A stretch of DNA of 64,000 nucleotides from Octopus bimaculoides (lineage: Eukaryota). The notes under the pieces were generated by a model. It was not told the DNA's origin, did not search any database, and was given only the letters and a program-made list of their open reading frames with translations. Location of the stretch: contig NC_068983.1 of NCBI RefSeq assembly GCF_001194135.2, positions 24,138,443 through 24,202,442 of the forward strand. The letters run 5' to 3'. The translations under genes were made by a program, and so were the position numbers. This document shows, piece by piece, positions 45,823 to 57,865 of the stretch. Each line of letters opens with the position of its first letter. The stretch's first letter is position 1.

Positions 45823-46297
45823 GTTCAGTAGTTTTATTTTTATAACGTGCTTTCACTTCACTACCGAGCGCAGCTCTGTGCGCCTTGGGTATGTGCTGTG
45901 GTTTGCTGTGGTGCTCTTATGTTTACTGTATTGAAAGTGTTTTGCGTAGAATGTGTGCAGTACCCAGTAGTGCAATTTTCTGTATGTTATATATATTTGT
46001 AAGTCCTGGTGTTTTTGTTATATATTTGTCTGAATATTTTTTTATTATACCTAAGGCACCTACTATGATAGGAAATGCTTCTGTTTTTAGATTCCACATT
46101 CGAGTTATCTCTATTTCCAGGTCTTTGTATTTTGAAAGTTTTTCCATTTCTTTTAGAGAAGCGTTGTCATCTGCTGGTATTGATACATCAATTAGAAAGC
46201 ATTTTTTTTCTTCATGATCTTTGACAACTATATCTGGTCTATTTGCCTTAATTTCTCTATCTGTGTGTATTGGCATATCCCAGAGTATGGTTGCTTT

Positions 46298-46300
<3 letters not shown>
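45823..46300 (-). mobile_element. Apparently young, 5'-truncated R4/Dong-type retrotransposon with complete 3' end, in an (AAT)n array
   Basis: Uninterrupted frame to the stop at 45923, GC-richer 3' UTR, (ATT)n on both flanks (45807-45822, 46301-46351). Confidence 0.9.
45923..46276 (-). pseudogene. Restriction-like (PD-D/ExK) endonuclease domain of the Dong-type element
   Basis: WDMPIHTDREIKANRPDIVVKDHEEKKCFLIDVSIP...EKLSKYKDLEIEITRMW...PIIVGALG...IQKIALLGTAHILRKTL*. Confidence 0.9.
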
Positions 46301-46352
<52 letters not shown>

Positions 46353-46999
46353 GTAGTAGTAGTAGTGATACTTATAAAGCTACTGTTTTCAGAGATGTTT
46401 GACTGATGGCCAGTGGAACTCCAGCTGTGAGAACTCAGGCTCTAACATTTCATATATGAATATTCAAATTGGTAAAATTTTAGTATAATAAAAGAAAAAA
46501 ACATAAAAGAATATACAAAAAAAAAGAATCTCTCGAATAGGAGAAAAGAAAAAGCAAAAAAAAAGTAACATCTGTAACATTTTCAAGAAGAAATAAAACA
46601 TCAAAAAAAAAAAAAATTGCAGGTTTTGATTGAAATAATCATATTTGAAAAATACTGTCTTCTGTCAGGATTTTTAAATTAAAATTGAGAAATGCAAAAC
46701 AAAAACAAAACAAGAAAACAGTGAAGGAAGGTGAAGAAGAAACAAATGAAAGAAGTTGGGCTAAGTTTAATGTGCATCCTGCTGCCATTCCATTATATAA
46801 TCAGAAGAAATATTTCATTCAATATTATTCAATATTAACTGCCTAAAAAAAAAGTTTACAAACGAAAACAAAAGAATATTATTTTTTACATATGATGCAG
46901 GTATGGTTGTGTAGTTAAGAAATTCAGATCTCGTTCAGAACGCAACCATGGAGATTATGAATTCAATCCCACTGCACATCATGTATATCATCATCATCA

Positions 47000-47175
47000 T
47001 TATCATCATAATCATCTTCATTTAACATCCGTTCCCCATGCTGGCATGGGTTGGATGGTTTGACCAGAACTGGGTAGCTAAGGAGCTGCACCAGCTCCAG
47101 TCTGTTTTGGCATCATTTGTATGGCTGGATGCCCTTTCTAACACCAACCACTTTACTGAGTGTGCTGGGTGCTTT
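47000..47175 (-). mobile_element. Family D variant
   Basis: catttaacatccgttccccatgctggcatgggttggatgg...ggctggatgccctttctaacaccaacc. Confidence 0.7.
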
Positions 47176-47198
47176 TATATACATACATACGTACATAT

Positions 47199-47282
<84 letters not shown>

Positions 47283-47339
47283 ACATAAAAGGTAAAATAT
47301 TCATTTACCAGTGGATGTTGTGTTAGACCACACAATTTG

Positions 47340-47700
47340 TGTTAGTCACTGCTATTTTTTGTTCTCAGTTCAATCCCACCAGAGCCTTACCTGAGTGGTA
47401 GACTTAATCTGTCCCCCAGTTTAACACCATCACCATCTGACACTTTAGGTGCCTTTAGAGAAGTCCATTCAATATCAAGCATTCAGAACAGGTTCTGGTT
47501 TGAAGATACCTTCCTCTCATCAGCCTTGCAGGCCTCTAGTAATGAGTCTTAGGCACTGCCCAGTGGTGTAGCTAATAGGGGAGCAAGAAGAGCAACTGCT
47601 ACTCCAAGCACATTTTTCATATTTGACACCTTCAACATATGAAATGGTATCAGATAGTTCCTGGGTCAGGCTTAAGAAAAAGAGCATCACTATACTAGAA
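47340..47700 (-). repeat. Unclassified interspersed repeat; inverted copy at 53700-54050
   Basis: Reverse complement ccactgggcagtgcc...ggaaggtatcttcaaaccagaacctgttctgaatgcttg...gggattgaactgagaacaaaaa matches 53817-54030. Confidence 0.8.
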
Positions 47701-47959
47701 AATAATCCTTTATGCTATAGGCACAAAACCTGAAACTTTAGTGGGAGGGAGCTTGTTGAAAACATTGATCCCAGTGTTCGGCTACTATGTATTTTATCAA
47801 CCCTGTAAGGGTGAAAGGCAAAATCAATCTAGGTGACGTTTGAACTCAGAATGTGAAGCTGGAAAAATACCACCAAACACTTTGTCTAGTACAGTAACAA
47901 TTCTGTCAGCTTGCCACCAAATATGCTCGTAAATTATGTATTTCATATAACATTTATAT

Positions 47960-48330
47960 TCTGGTATCATTCTCTTTGAAATAGCCTCCTTTGGGAAGGT
48001 GTACAGTGATTCTAGTACACCATCCATATTTCAGAAGCTCTACAGAAGACCTCTTTATGAAAGCTGTTCAATACTATCTACAATTCTGTCCAAATTTCTA
48101 CTCTCTTGAAGCAGCACCTCTAATTTCAGTTTGGGAAACAGAGCAAAGTTACAGGGTTCTTTTGATTGAGTGTCAAGAGCTGGAGTCAACTTGTCGCTGC
48201 AACAGAACACATATTCAGGTTTTCCATAAGAATCTCCTTGTAAATTTCATAATACTGTGTGACATTCCTTTTGTCCTTAGGTAGCAATTGTTATTTCTTA
48301 TTTGCTTACCCCTAGAAAGTATGAAAAATG
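47960..48330 (-). mobile_element. mariner remnant
   Basis: Minus: EILMENLNMCSVAA (cf. LNMRRVAAKFVP) and PCNFALFPKLK. Confidence 0.6.
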
Positions 48331-48359
48331 GCTAATATTTCCTTCAAACTTTGTTACAT

Positions 48360-48792
48360 TTTTTTCAAACTCCAAAGAATTCTTCTTAACACATGGCTAC
48401 AATGCTCCCCAACTACTCCTGTTCATGATCAGAGATGCACATATTGTCAGCCACAAATGGACAAAGTGGTTAATGTCAAGCAACTGACAAGCAAATCCGT
48501 GGTACTGAGCAGAATATTTGCTATAACGATATTTCTGCTTCAGCAACTCAGTACTGAATCTGTCTGAAATTTAATGGGAAATATGTCAGTTTCAAATCAT
48601 TGATGTCCAGGTCACAAAAGCAAGGTTTGAAGGGAATAGTAGTCATTTCTTTTGATTTCTAGATAGAAGCAAATAGGAAATAACACTTACTGACCAAAGA
48701 CAAAAAAAAAAAAAAATAATGATAATAGATTTGTTACACTGTTAATTAATTTCAATCAAGTAAAAGAGAGCTTGGAAGGTATGCAATACTCA
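48360..48792 (+). pseudogene. Tigger transposase fragment, near-identical duplicate of 50393-50812
   Basis: Direct repeat; RILL..YNAP and QPQMDKVVNVKQ resemble Tigger DNAP and QPMDQGVI motifs. Confidence 0.7.
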
Positions 48793-49314
48793 GAAGCCAG
48801 GGCTCAATCTAAACAACGTTCTTTAAAAGCTTTTGAGCCCACTCCACCAATCATTTCAGTTTCTTATTCCTCTTCTTGGGTCTGAAGAAATAAGACCTAT
48901 TCCTTCTTTTTTTTTTTTTGCCATGAAGAACATCTCCATTTTTCTCACATTCTACTGTTTTAATATTTTGGGGTGGATCTCTTGTCTATTATAACTACTT
49001 TTATCTCTTTTGCTTGTTTCAATCATTAGACTGTAGCCATGCTGGAGCACTACTTTGAAGAACTTTTGGTCAAATGAATCAACCCCAGTACTTTTTTGTT
49101 TTTAGCCTGGGGCTTATTTTATCAGTCCCTTTTGTTGAACCACTCAGTTAAGTGGATGTAAACACAACACTGGATGTCAAGTGGTGATGGAGGACATCCT
49201 TGAAAAGAAACAAAGACATGCACACATGCACACACACACACACACACACACGCACACACACACATGCATGCACACACACATACACACACACACATGCACA
49301 TTTATATATGATGG

Positions 49315-49770
49315 GCATCTTTCAGTTTCTTATTTCTTTACTGCCCACAAGGGGCTATACACAGAGGGGACAAACAAGGACAGACAAAGGGATTAAGTCA
49401 ATTACATCGACCCCAGTGCATAACTGGTACTTAATTTATCGACCCTNNNNNNNNNNTTAAGTCAATTACATCGACCCCAGTGCATAACTGGTACTTAATT
49501 TATCGACCCTGAAAGGATGAAAGGCAAAGTCGACCTTGGCAGAATTTGAACTCAGAACGTAATGGCAGACGAAATACCCCTTAGCATTTCGCCCGGCGTG
49601 CTAACATTTCTGCCAGCTCACTACCTTTCAGTTTCTGTTGACCAAATCCACTCACAAGGCTTTGGTCAGCCTGAGGCTGTTGTTGAAGACACTTGCCCGA
49701 GTTGCCATGCTGTGGGATTGAACCCAGAACCATGTGGTTGGGAAGCAAACTTCTTACCACATAGCCATGC
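49315..49770 (-). mobile_element. SINE family A copy followed by a family B head
   Basis: A body 49315-49620 and B head 49620-49770; another B 3' part at 49010-49200. Confidence 0.85.
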
Positions 49771-49869
49771 CTTTGATTTTTGCTACAAATGTGTACAGTA
49801 CTTCTACTTGACGTCCTCTGTCCAATTATCTTAAATAAGTGTAATAGAATAGAGACTGTCAAGTGGAAG

Positions 49870-50812
49870 TAAAAGCAATAATGTAAAAAAGACTCATAAA
49901 GTAATTACTGTGGGTGTTAAACTTGATGTTTTACAAAGATTTGATTCAGAAGAGCAGTCATATTCAACAGAGAGAACAATACATGACAAAACAGTTTACA
50001 ATAAGGTCAAGTATTCAAACAGCTACTCTATAAACAGGGTGAACATTGTTTTTATAGCGCTAATGTAATACTTAATATGGAACAGCTCCTTAATGTGTGG
50101 TTTTGATGATAAAACTAGATGTAAATGTGCCAATTAACATGAAAATTAAATAAATAAAATCCAGAAGTTTTATGATCTACAGGAAAGGGAAGACGTAACA
50201 CCCAATTCAAAACCTTCCCAAGACTAGTAGAGTCTAGTTTGGAAGGTTTAAAAGGTGAATGAATTTGCACGATATTAAAATGACTGCTGAAGGTGACAGT
50301 TCTCTGAAGCAGAAACTGTTACTGTTTATCTTGTGGAGCTGAAGAAAATTATTGCTGAAGGAAGCTATACACCAGAACAAGGGTACAAGGTTTTTCAAAC
50401 CCCAAAGAATCCTTCTTAACACATGGCTACAATGCTCCCCAACTACTCCTGTTCATGATCAGAGAGGCACATAGTGTCAGTCACAAATGGACAAAGTGGT
50501 TAACATCAAGCAACTGACAAGCAAATCTGTGGTATTGAGCAGAATATTTGCTATAACGATATTTCTGCTTCAGCAACTCAGTACTGAATCTGTCTGAAAT
50601 GTAATGGGAAATATGTCAGTTTCAAATCATTGATGTCCAGGTCATAAAAGCAAGGTTTGAAGGGAATAGTAGTCATTTCCTTTGATTTCTAGATAGAAGC
50701 AAATAGGAAATAACACTTACTGACCAAAGACAAAAAAATAATAATAATAAATTTATTATACCATTAATTAATTTCAATCAAGTAAAAGAGAGCTTGGAAG
50801 GCATGCAATACT
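49870..50812 (+). pseudogene. Decayed Tigger1-like transposase with internal deletion
   Basis: KVITVGVKLDVLQRF, MEQLLNVW, NLHDIKMTAEG, VELKKIIAEGSYTPEQ. Confidence 0.8.
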
Positions 50813-50916
50813 CAATTGAGGTACCAATCTCCTCTTATAATAAATTTTACTCCTCTTATAATGACTTTGTCATACTTCTGTTTATATTGTATCTAATATG
50901 AATAATATAATGCATC

Positions 50917-50958
<42 letters not shown>

Positions 50959-51165
50959 TGATATTTGACTCATTTGTATGCTATACAATTAAATTTTTCT
51001 GTTAAAACTAAGGTTTTCTGAAAATTCATATTTACTAAGATTTTCATAAGGCGTATTCTAGCAGTTTTAACTGTTCTAGATAATTGTAATTTTAGCATGC
51101 CATTACTATACATCCAATAAGCTGATCTTCTGACTTTTGTTACTCCAGACTGAAGGAGATGGTTG

Positions 51166-51856
51166 TAAGAGTACTTTGAAAACATCCAACTAAACACTGC
51201 TTGTTACTGCTTACTAGCTTGCAGAATGCAGTCATGATGTTTGGAAGCTTGCTATACAATTAAAGTTTTGTGTTAAACTGGGTAAAAATGCTCGAGAAAC
51301 TTATGAAATGCTCCAGACTGCTGATGGATCAACTGTTTGCAAGCACAAGAGCTTCAAGAACAGTAGAGAGGAAATGAGAAATAATGAGAAGTGCAACACT
51401 AGTCGGGAAAATTTGCAGTTTTCTGGAAGTGTCTATAAAAACAATAAGCACACAATCTGGAGTTAGTGTAGCAACTAGGCACAGAATTATTCATAAAGAT
51501 CTAAAAATGTGCAAAATTAGTGCAAAGTTTGTTTCCAGGGTGCTTAGTGACAGGTACCTTGGTAACCGACTGCTTGACAGAGATAAGTATCAAAACTGTC
51601 CTTCACCCTCCCTACAATCCAGATGTTGCTTCCTGTGACTTTTAGTTGTTTTCCAAGCTGAAGGAGAACCTCAAGATAGTCATTTTCAAGATGAAAGAGG
51701 CTATGACAAGAATCTTGGACACTTCCACTTTGGAGGCTTTCAGGAAGTGGCTGGATTGCTACAAGTGCATTGGAGGAGACGAGAGTTTTATACTTCTTTG
51801 AAATTTATAAAAGTTTTCCCTGGAAAATTCTGAAAACTTCTGGAATGTACTTTGTA
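51166..51856 (+). mobile_element. Internally deleted mariner (same family as 25731-26588)
   Basis: (F)CVKLGKNARETYEMLQTA, KDLKMCKISAKFVSRVL, HPPYNPDVASCDF; 3' TIR aaaacttctggaatgtactttg-TA. Confidence 0.85.
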
Positions 51857-51899
51857 TGTTTGTCAGAGGAAAATCAGCACTAGGTCTTAAAGCTTTCAG

Positions 51900-52460
51900 A
51901 AATCATCTGCTATTTCTTGTAGGGAGAAATGTTGTTGGTGATATGAAGTCAAGGCGTCTACTTGTGTATCACTTCAAAAACACAAGGGCTTTCAAGGACA
52001 GTGCTAAATTTAATGTACATAATTGAAGGTGTGACTTACATCATTGTCATAAGGAAAAATTCTACATCAAGTCCAGCAAGATATTTTGACATTAACAAAT
52101 AATGCAGGTTTTGAAGTCATAGGAGACAATATAGTTGAATTGCCAGAGGCTCATATAGAAAGTTTGTTTAATGAAGAACCAATGTTGTTAGAACAAAAAG
52201 AGGACATAAAAGCTGAAACCATTTCACTTTAGCTGATTGCAAGAATATGGTTAAAGAGTTGGAACTTTTAGAGAAAAGTCAACAAATCTTTGTTAATATT
52301 GATCCAAATTGTGAATGTAACGTTGAAATTACAAGAGAATTTCACGATGACCTTAATTCCTAAACTAAGAGATGGTATGTCATAAATGTCAAGCAATTTG
52401 GATAGATTCTTCATTTCTGTATTAAAGGCTGATGATGATCTGCTGCAATGATTCTCAATT
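51900..52460 (+). pseudogene. Tigger1-like DDE fragment
   Basis: NVVGDMKSRRLLVYHFKNTRAFK (cf. NAAGDFKLKPLLVYHSENPRAFK). Confidence 0.7.
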
Positions 52461-53039
52461 AGGGTTCATATGGCCCTAAGGGATCCATATAAGAGTTTAA
52501 AGTTAAAATTTATATGCAATAAATTGGTTATACTTCTACAATATACGAAATATTTCAACAATTTCTTAATACAGTTCCTAATAATATTTAATTAGGAAGG
52601 AATTTCAACCATGTTTCATGGTCTGCTACCACAACAGCTCCTTTATAGGATCCAGTTAGCTCAAGACATCCTCAGGAGGAACCACGTCTGGTTTCGGCCC
52701 CTACTCCTCTACCATTTTGACGTGGCGGGGCCCCTCGTTTCGGAGGTGTCTTCAGCTCTGGTGTTGGGTGCATGTCTTCTTTCACTGTTTGTGACTGTTC
52801 TAATTCAACTGTGGAATGTCCCTTGCTATGGTTATTTTCCAGGAGGTTCTGGCCACATGTCTTACGGTTCATCAACCCGCGTTGTTGAATATAATAGTAT
52901 TCTTTAAATATCAAATGGCTATGGGGATATACCCAAACAAAATAAGAATCAAAGGGGTGCATAGGAAAAAAAATGGTTAGGGAAGAAGACAGTAATTCTC
53001 TTAAAAAATGGTAAAGTTGCCTTTCCAAATCATGTAACT

Positions 53040-53330
53040 CATAAGGACCAGTTTCCTGGTTTCCATGATNNNNNNNNNNNNNNNNNNNNNNNNNNNNNNN
53101 NNNNNNNNNNNNNNNNNNNNNNNNNNNNNNNNNTATATATATATATATTCCTTACCAGAATGGGACACTGGCCCATCACAGGATTACTCATTTCTGCCAG
53201 CTGAGTGAATTGGAGCAATGGGAAATGAAGTGTTTTGCTCAAGAACAGAATGTGTCACCTGGCCCAGGAATCAAAACCATAGTCTTACGATCATCAGTCC
53301 AATATCCTAACCACTAAGCCACACACCACC
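53040..53330 (-). mobile_element. SINE family C (gap inside)
   Basis: Homologous to 1775-2000. Confidence 0.85.
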
Positions 53331-53699
53331 ATAAGTACTTCACTTCAACACATGTAACTATCAGTGTTGGGTAATACAATAATAACACCCTACTATGATA
53401 TTACTACATACTTATTTATTCCTTATTTATTTGTTTTCAGGAGTGGCAGTGTGTTAAAAAGCTTGGTTCTGGGTTCAGTCCAACCATCAAAATATCAACT
53501 GCTTCTAGTTTTATGTTTTGTTCAGCTTGTTTGCTTGACTGTTCACTTTAGTTTCTCAGTAATAACTAAAGCTAGAAACTCCATCTGTTCGGGGTCAATA
53601 AATTAAGTACCAGTTGCGTACTGGGGTCTATCTAATCAACTGGCACCCTCCCAAAAAATTTCGGGCCTTGTGCCTTGAGTAGAGAAGATTATGTATGAA

Positions 53700-54050
53700 A
53701 CTTACAACTACTAATACAGGTAACTAAAGAATTTTAAAAAAATTGTTGAAAAAGTGCCAAATTTGAAAAATGTGCTTGGGGGAGCAGTTGATCCCCTTTC
53801 TTCCCTATTAACTATTCCACTGGGCAGTGCCTTCAACTCTTTACTAGGGCCTGCAAGACTAATAGATGGAAGGTATCTTCAAACCAGAAACCTGTTCTGA
53901 ATGCTTGAAATTAAATGGACTTCTCTAAAGTCACCTGAAGTGTCAGATGGTTGTGGTATCAAACCGGTGGGACAAATTAAGTCTGCCACTCAAGTAGACT
54001 CTGATGGGATTGAAATGAGAACAAAAACCATTAGGTATCTCGGCCAACAT
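53700..54050 (+). repeat. Unclassified interspersed repeat (copy of 47340-47700)
   Basis: See 47340-47700. Confidence 0.8.
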
Positions 54051-55019
54051 TCTTATACTTCCATCCTAGATTGGTACTTTTCTTTTGAATCCCTGGCAGG
54101 ACGAAAAACAAATATGTCCTCAGCTTGATTTGAACCCAGAACTCAGAGTTGCAACAAATATATTTCAAATGACGCTCTAGATAATTCACATTTTTAAAAA
54201 TCTTTCTCTACAATAGAACTGTTTTTTTATATTGATTTTTTTCCTTCTCCATGCTACTTAGGATGGGATAGTTTCTGATTGAGCAGGCCCATGATATGCA
54301 TGTTAATAATCACATGCTGTGGGCTTTTAGGTGACATGCTATGGACTTCATTAAATAAAATCTCCCTGTAATATCATCTTACAAAATGCTTATCTATAAT
54401 CATTCACCTAAAACTGAAATATATGTATAGATGTCAGTAATATCCCAATAATAGGATTGTTAAAGAAATTAAAATTTTAAGAGAGTGGTTTAATAAACGT
54501 TTGCTATCACTGTATGAGAAAACAGCTGAATGTTGGCCTTCCTGTTGTTAATAAATCAGCCACATAATAGATATGAAACCCGTTATCAGTAAGGCAAACT
54601 GAGACAAGCAGTGATTTGTGCATTGCTTTGGGTCACGATATAAAATGGTAGTAATAAAGTTATCACGTATTTTCAAGTGGCCACTTGCAGAGAAATATAA
54701 ACTTCATAACCATTGTGTCACTTTGAGAAATGTATATGTTTTTGAAAAGAGAAATTAAAACAGAATTGGTAAAAGCACTCAAAATCACAACATATATTCA
54801 GATCATTCAGAAACTATCTTCCATACTAAAACACCCATTCATTCAAAACTATTACATTTTTGCTCACTGTTGCAAACATGTTCAACCATCAAAATACCAG
54901 GTGCCTCTGGTTTTGTGTTTTGTCTGGTTTGTTTGCTTGACCGTTCAGCTTGGTATACCAGAAACTACTGAATATAGAAACTCCAAAAATACAAAAATTC
55001 TAGAACTCACATTCTAATA

Positions 55020-55222
55020 TTAGTTTCAAATTTTGGCACAAGACCAGTAATTTTGGGGGCTGTTGTAGTCATTACATCGACACCACTTCTCAACCAGTCC
55101 TTATTTTATTGACACCAAAAGGATGACAGACAAAGTTGACCTCATTGGAATTTGAACTCAGAACACAAAGACGGATGAAATGCTACTAAGCATTTTGCCC
55201 ATTGTGCTAACGATTCTGCCAT
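55020..55222 (-). mobile_element. SINE family A
   Basis: ...ggaatttgaactcagaacacaaagacggatgaaatgctactaagcattttgccc...gctaacgattctgcc. Further A fragments at 23100-23220, 27665-27750, 35560-35740, 47720-47920, 53585-53690 and 61040-61380. Confidence 0.8.
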
Positions 55223-55531
55223 TGTAATATCGATTCTAATTTTGACAAAAGACCAAAGATTTTTGGAGAGAGGGGGTCATTAATTAAATAAATCAATGTC
55301 ATCATTATGCTTTTATTATTACTATTTTAACATCCACTTTTCCATGCTCTCATGAGTCAGATGGAATTTGCTGAGGTAGATTTCTCTACAGCCAAATCCC
55401 CTTCCTGTTGCCAACCCTCAACTGTTTCTGAACAGGGGTAACATTTCCAGACATGTTTTTCACAAAAGATTGGAAATGAAGAACATCACATGTATGATGA
55501 CGTACAACCATCACATGATGTCAAGACAAAG

Positions 55532-55580
<49 letters not shown>

Positions 55581-56399
55581 CACACTTCTACAAGATAAGA
55601 CTGAACCTGAAACCACATGGTTGGGAACCAAACTTCTCAGCCACATTACCATGCCTATGCCTTTATACTTTTAGTTATTTCATTAACCACAAAATGAAAC
55701 TAAAAAGCAAAGTTAACTGTGGTAAGATTTGAACCCGAAATATAAAGAGAAGCAACAAAATGCTCTATAGTATTACATCCAGTACTCTAATGTCTCTGCC
55801 ACTCCATCACACCATTCTGGTATTATAATGTTCATCAAAGGCAGATTTTTACACAAAAATATTCTAATACTTCCTTCGCATACTACCAATCCTCCAGAAT
55901 GTGTTTGCAAATTTGTTACAAGCATAGCTGCCTCATTAAAATGATAGAGATTATTGTGATGTTTCTGAAATAGAAATTAATTTGAACTTTCCCTTTGAAT
56001 CAAATCCTGAAGATTGTAGGCTGTAAATGAATGAGGAATATCTTATAGATTAGTTTATATTTCCTTTTGACAGGTTTGATTAAGCAAATTTCCTGGGAAA
56101 TAAACACTGAGAACTAATGCATAAAACATGTAGTCATGCTTTCAACAAGATACAAGTGCATAATTAAACCGTCTTTGATATATTGATATTTAACACAGAA
56201 TATAGGAAAATGAATATTGATTAACAAATTAGATATCGCAATCTTTATAAACAACTTAAAATAACATAGGAAATCAACATTTGTATAAACATTTTAAAAT
56301 AACACAGGAAATATCTAAATAAATATTTGGTTAGCAAAATGTGAAGTAAAACTAAAAAAAAAAAACCATTTTTAATAGAATAATATTTGACAATAAACT

Positions 56400-56760
56400 G
56401 TAAAAATAGATAAAATGAACATTGATTCACAAATTAGATTTAAAAAATCTTTATTTAAACAAATAACATTAAGAAATACTTTAAGATTTTACTCAACTTG
56501 ATTTTTAGCTTTATGAATGAGAAATATATCTCTCTTTTGTGTGGTGTGTTATCTTTAACAGAGTATCTAGAAAATCTGGTATCTATTTTACAACAGGATA
56601 AACTGACAAATTGCTTGGCTTGTTGCATACTTTGTCTAATGTATCTTGTAATTTGAGAGTCTCTCTTCATTGTTCTGAAAGATACCTTCAGCAAAGAATT
56701 ACCAATTGTTGGGTCAGTTGCATTGAACAGTGGAAATGGATGTTATGGTGATGAAAGTAA
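56400..56760 (-). pseudogene. Possible hAT transposase dimerisation-domain remnant
   Basis: KVSFRTMKRDSQITRYIRQSMQQAKQFVSLSCCKID loosely resembles ERSFS.MKRIKTYLRSTM.Q.RL..L..LSIE. Confidence 0.35.
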
Positions 56761-56893
56761 AATGAATCCTTGCTTCAAGTGACATTTTTTTTTTTCTTTC
56801 TGTAATTTCTAAATTGTTACTCATTTTTTTTTCCTGAAACCATTACTGATTAAATGTGTGAGNNNNNNNNNNGTTTGCTTTTGATTTTGTCTA

Positions 56894-57615
56894 CTATACA
56901 GTATAGTAGGGTCAGTTGGGCACTGTCTGTGAGAAAAAACAGCACCATGAGGCAATTTACTCTGCCAGAAATTTGGAAATGACATGCTGTACTGTTTGGC
57001 ATTCGCACCGGAAGCTCTAATATGAATATTTCAGAGTGTTTGGGTGTCAATCTGGGGACAGTGCAATCTGAGGACATGTACCAAGAGTGATAAAAATCAA
57101 ACATTCAGTCAATATCATGGTGTTTGGAGTGATATTTAGTGATGGTAACGTTATGCCTCCATTCAGCTTCTCACACAGCCTCAGACTCAACATGGAGACC
57201 TACATCAAGTGCCTGGAGGAGGTAGTACTGCCCTGGCTCAGAGGGTGGCTGCTGGAAGACCTATGTCTGGCAACAGGACTCTGCACCATGCCATACAAGT
57301 AGGAGAGCCCAGACAATTTCTGAAATCACATCACCCCTAACATCTGGCCACCTAACTCCCCAGACTGCAACCCCCTTGATTATTATGTGTGGGGTGCAGT
57401 TGAGCGAGAGACCAACAAAATTCCTTGTAACACCAAAGATGAACAGAAGGCAAGGATTGTGGCAGCATTCACCAACTTAAGCAAGGAGACTGTCCAGAAG
57501 AATTGCAGAAGATTCCGAAGTTATCTGGAGGCTATGGTTGAAACCAATGGTGATTTTATTGAATAAATTTACTCTTCAGTATTTCAAGATATTTTTATGT
57601 AATTTTAGTAAATAT
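56894..57615 (+). mobile_element. Tc1/maT-like transposase remnant
   Basis: IKHSVNIMVFGVIFSDGNVMPPF, QDSAPCH, NIWPPNSPDCNPLDYYVWGAVERETN. Confidence 0.85.
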
Positions 57616-57617
57616 GT

Positions 57618-57865
57618 GGAGGCGCATGGCTTAGTGGTTCGGGTGTCAGCATCATGATCGTAAGATTGTGGTTTCAATTCCTGGACCAGGCAGCGCCTTG
57701 TGTTCTTGAGCAAAGCACTTCATTTCCCGTTGCTCCAGTCCATTCAGCTGGGAAAAATGAGTAACGCTGCAATGGACTGGCGTCCCATCCAGCTGGGAAA
57801 CACATATGCCATCGAAACCAGGAAACCGGGCCTATGAGCCTGGCTAGGCTTTGAAAGGGTGCATT
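57618..57865 (+). mobile_element. SINE family C, full-length reference copy
   Basis: ggaggcgcatggcttagtggttcgggtgtcagcatcatgatcgtaagattgtggtttcaattcc (A/B boxes) ... gcctggctaggctttgaaagggtgcat. Confidence 0.9.

Noticed and set aside
47495-47530. Hammerhead-like CTGATGA-gagga...tcttc-AAAC on the minus strand
   Set aside because: G12 of GAAA is missing here and in the 53850-53890 copy, which also has CTAATAG; core not supported.
49393-49510. Exact 54-bp tandem duplication in SINE A
   Set aside because: The two copies flank a 10-N gap; typical unmerged contig overlap.
52725-52760. Minus-strand CTGAAGA-cacctcc-GAAA
   Set aside because: No stem II pairing possible; likely chance.
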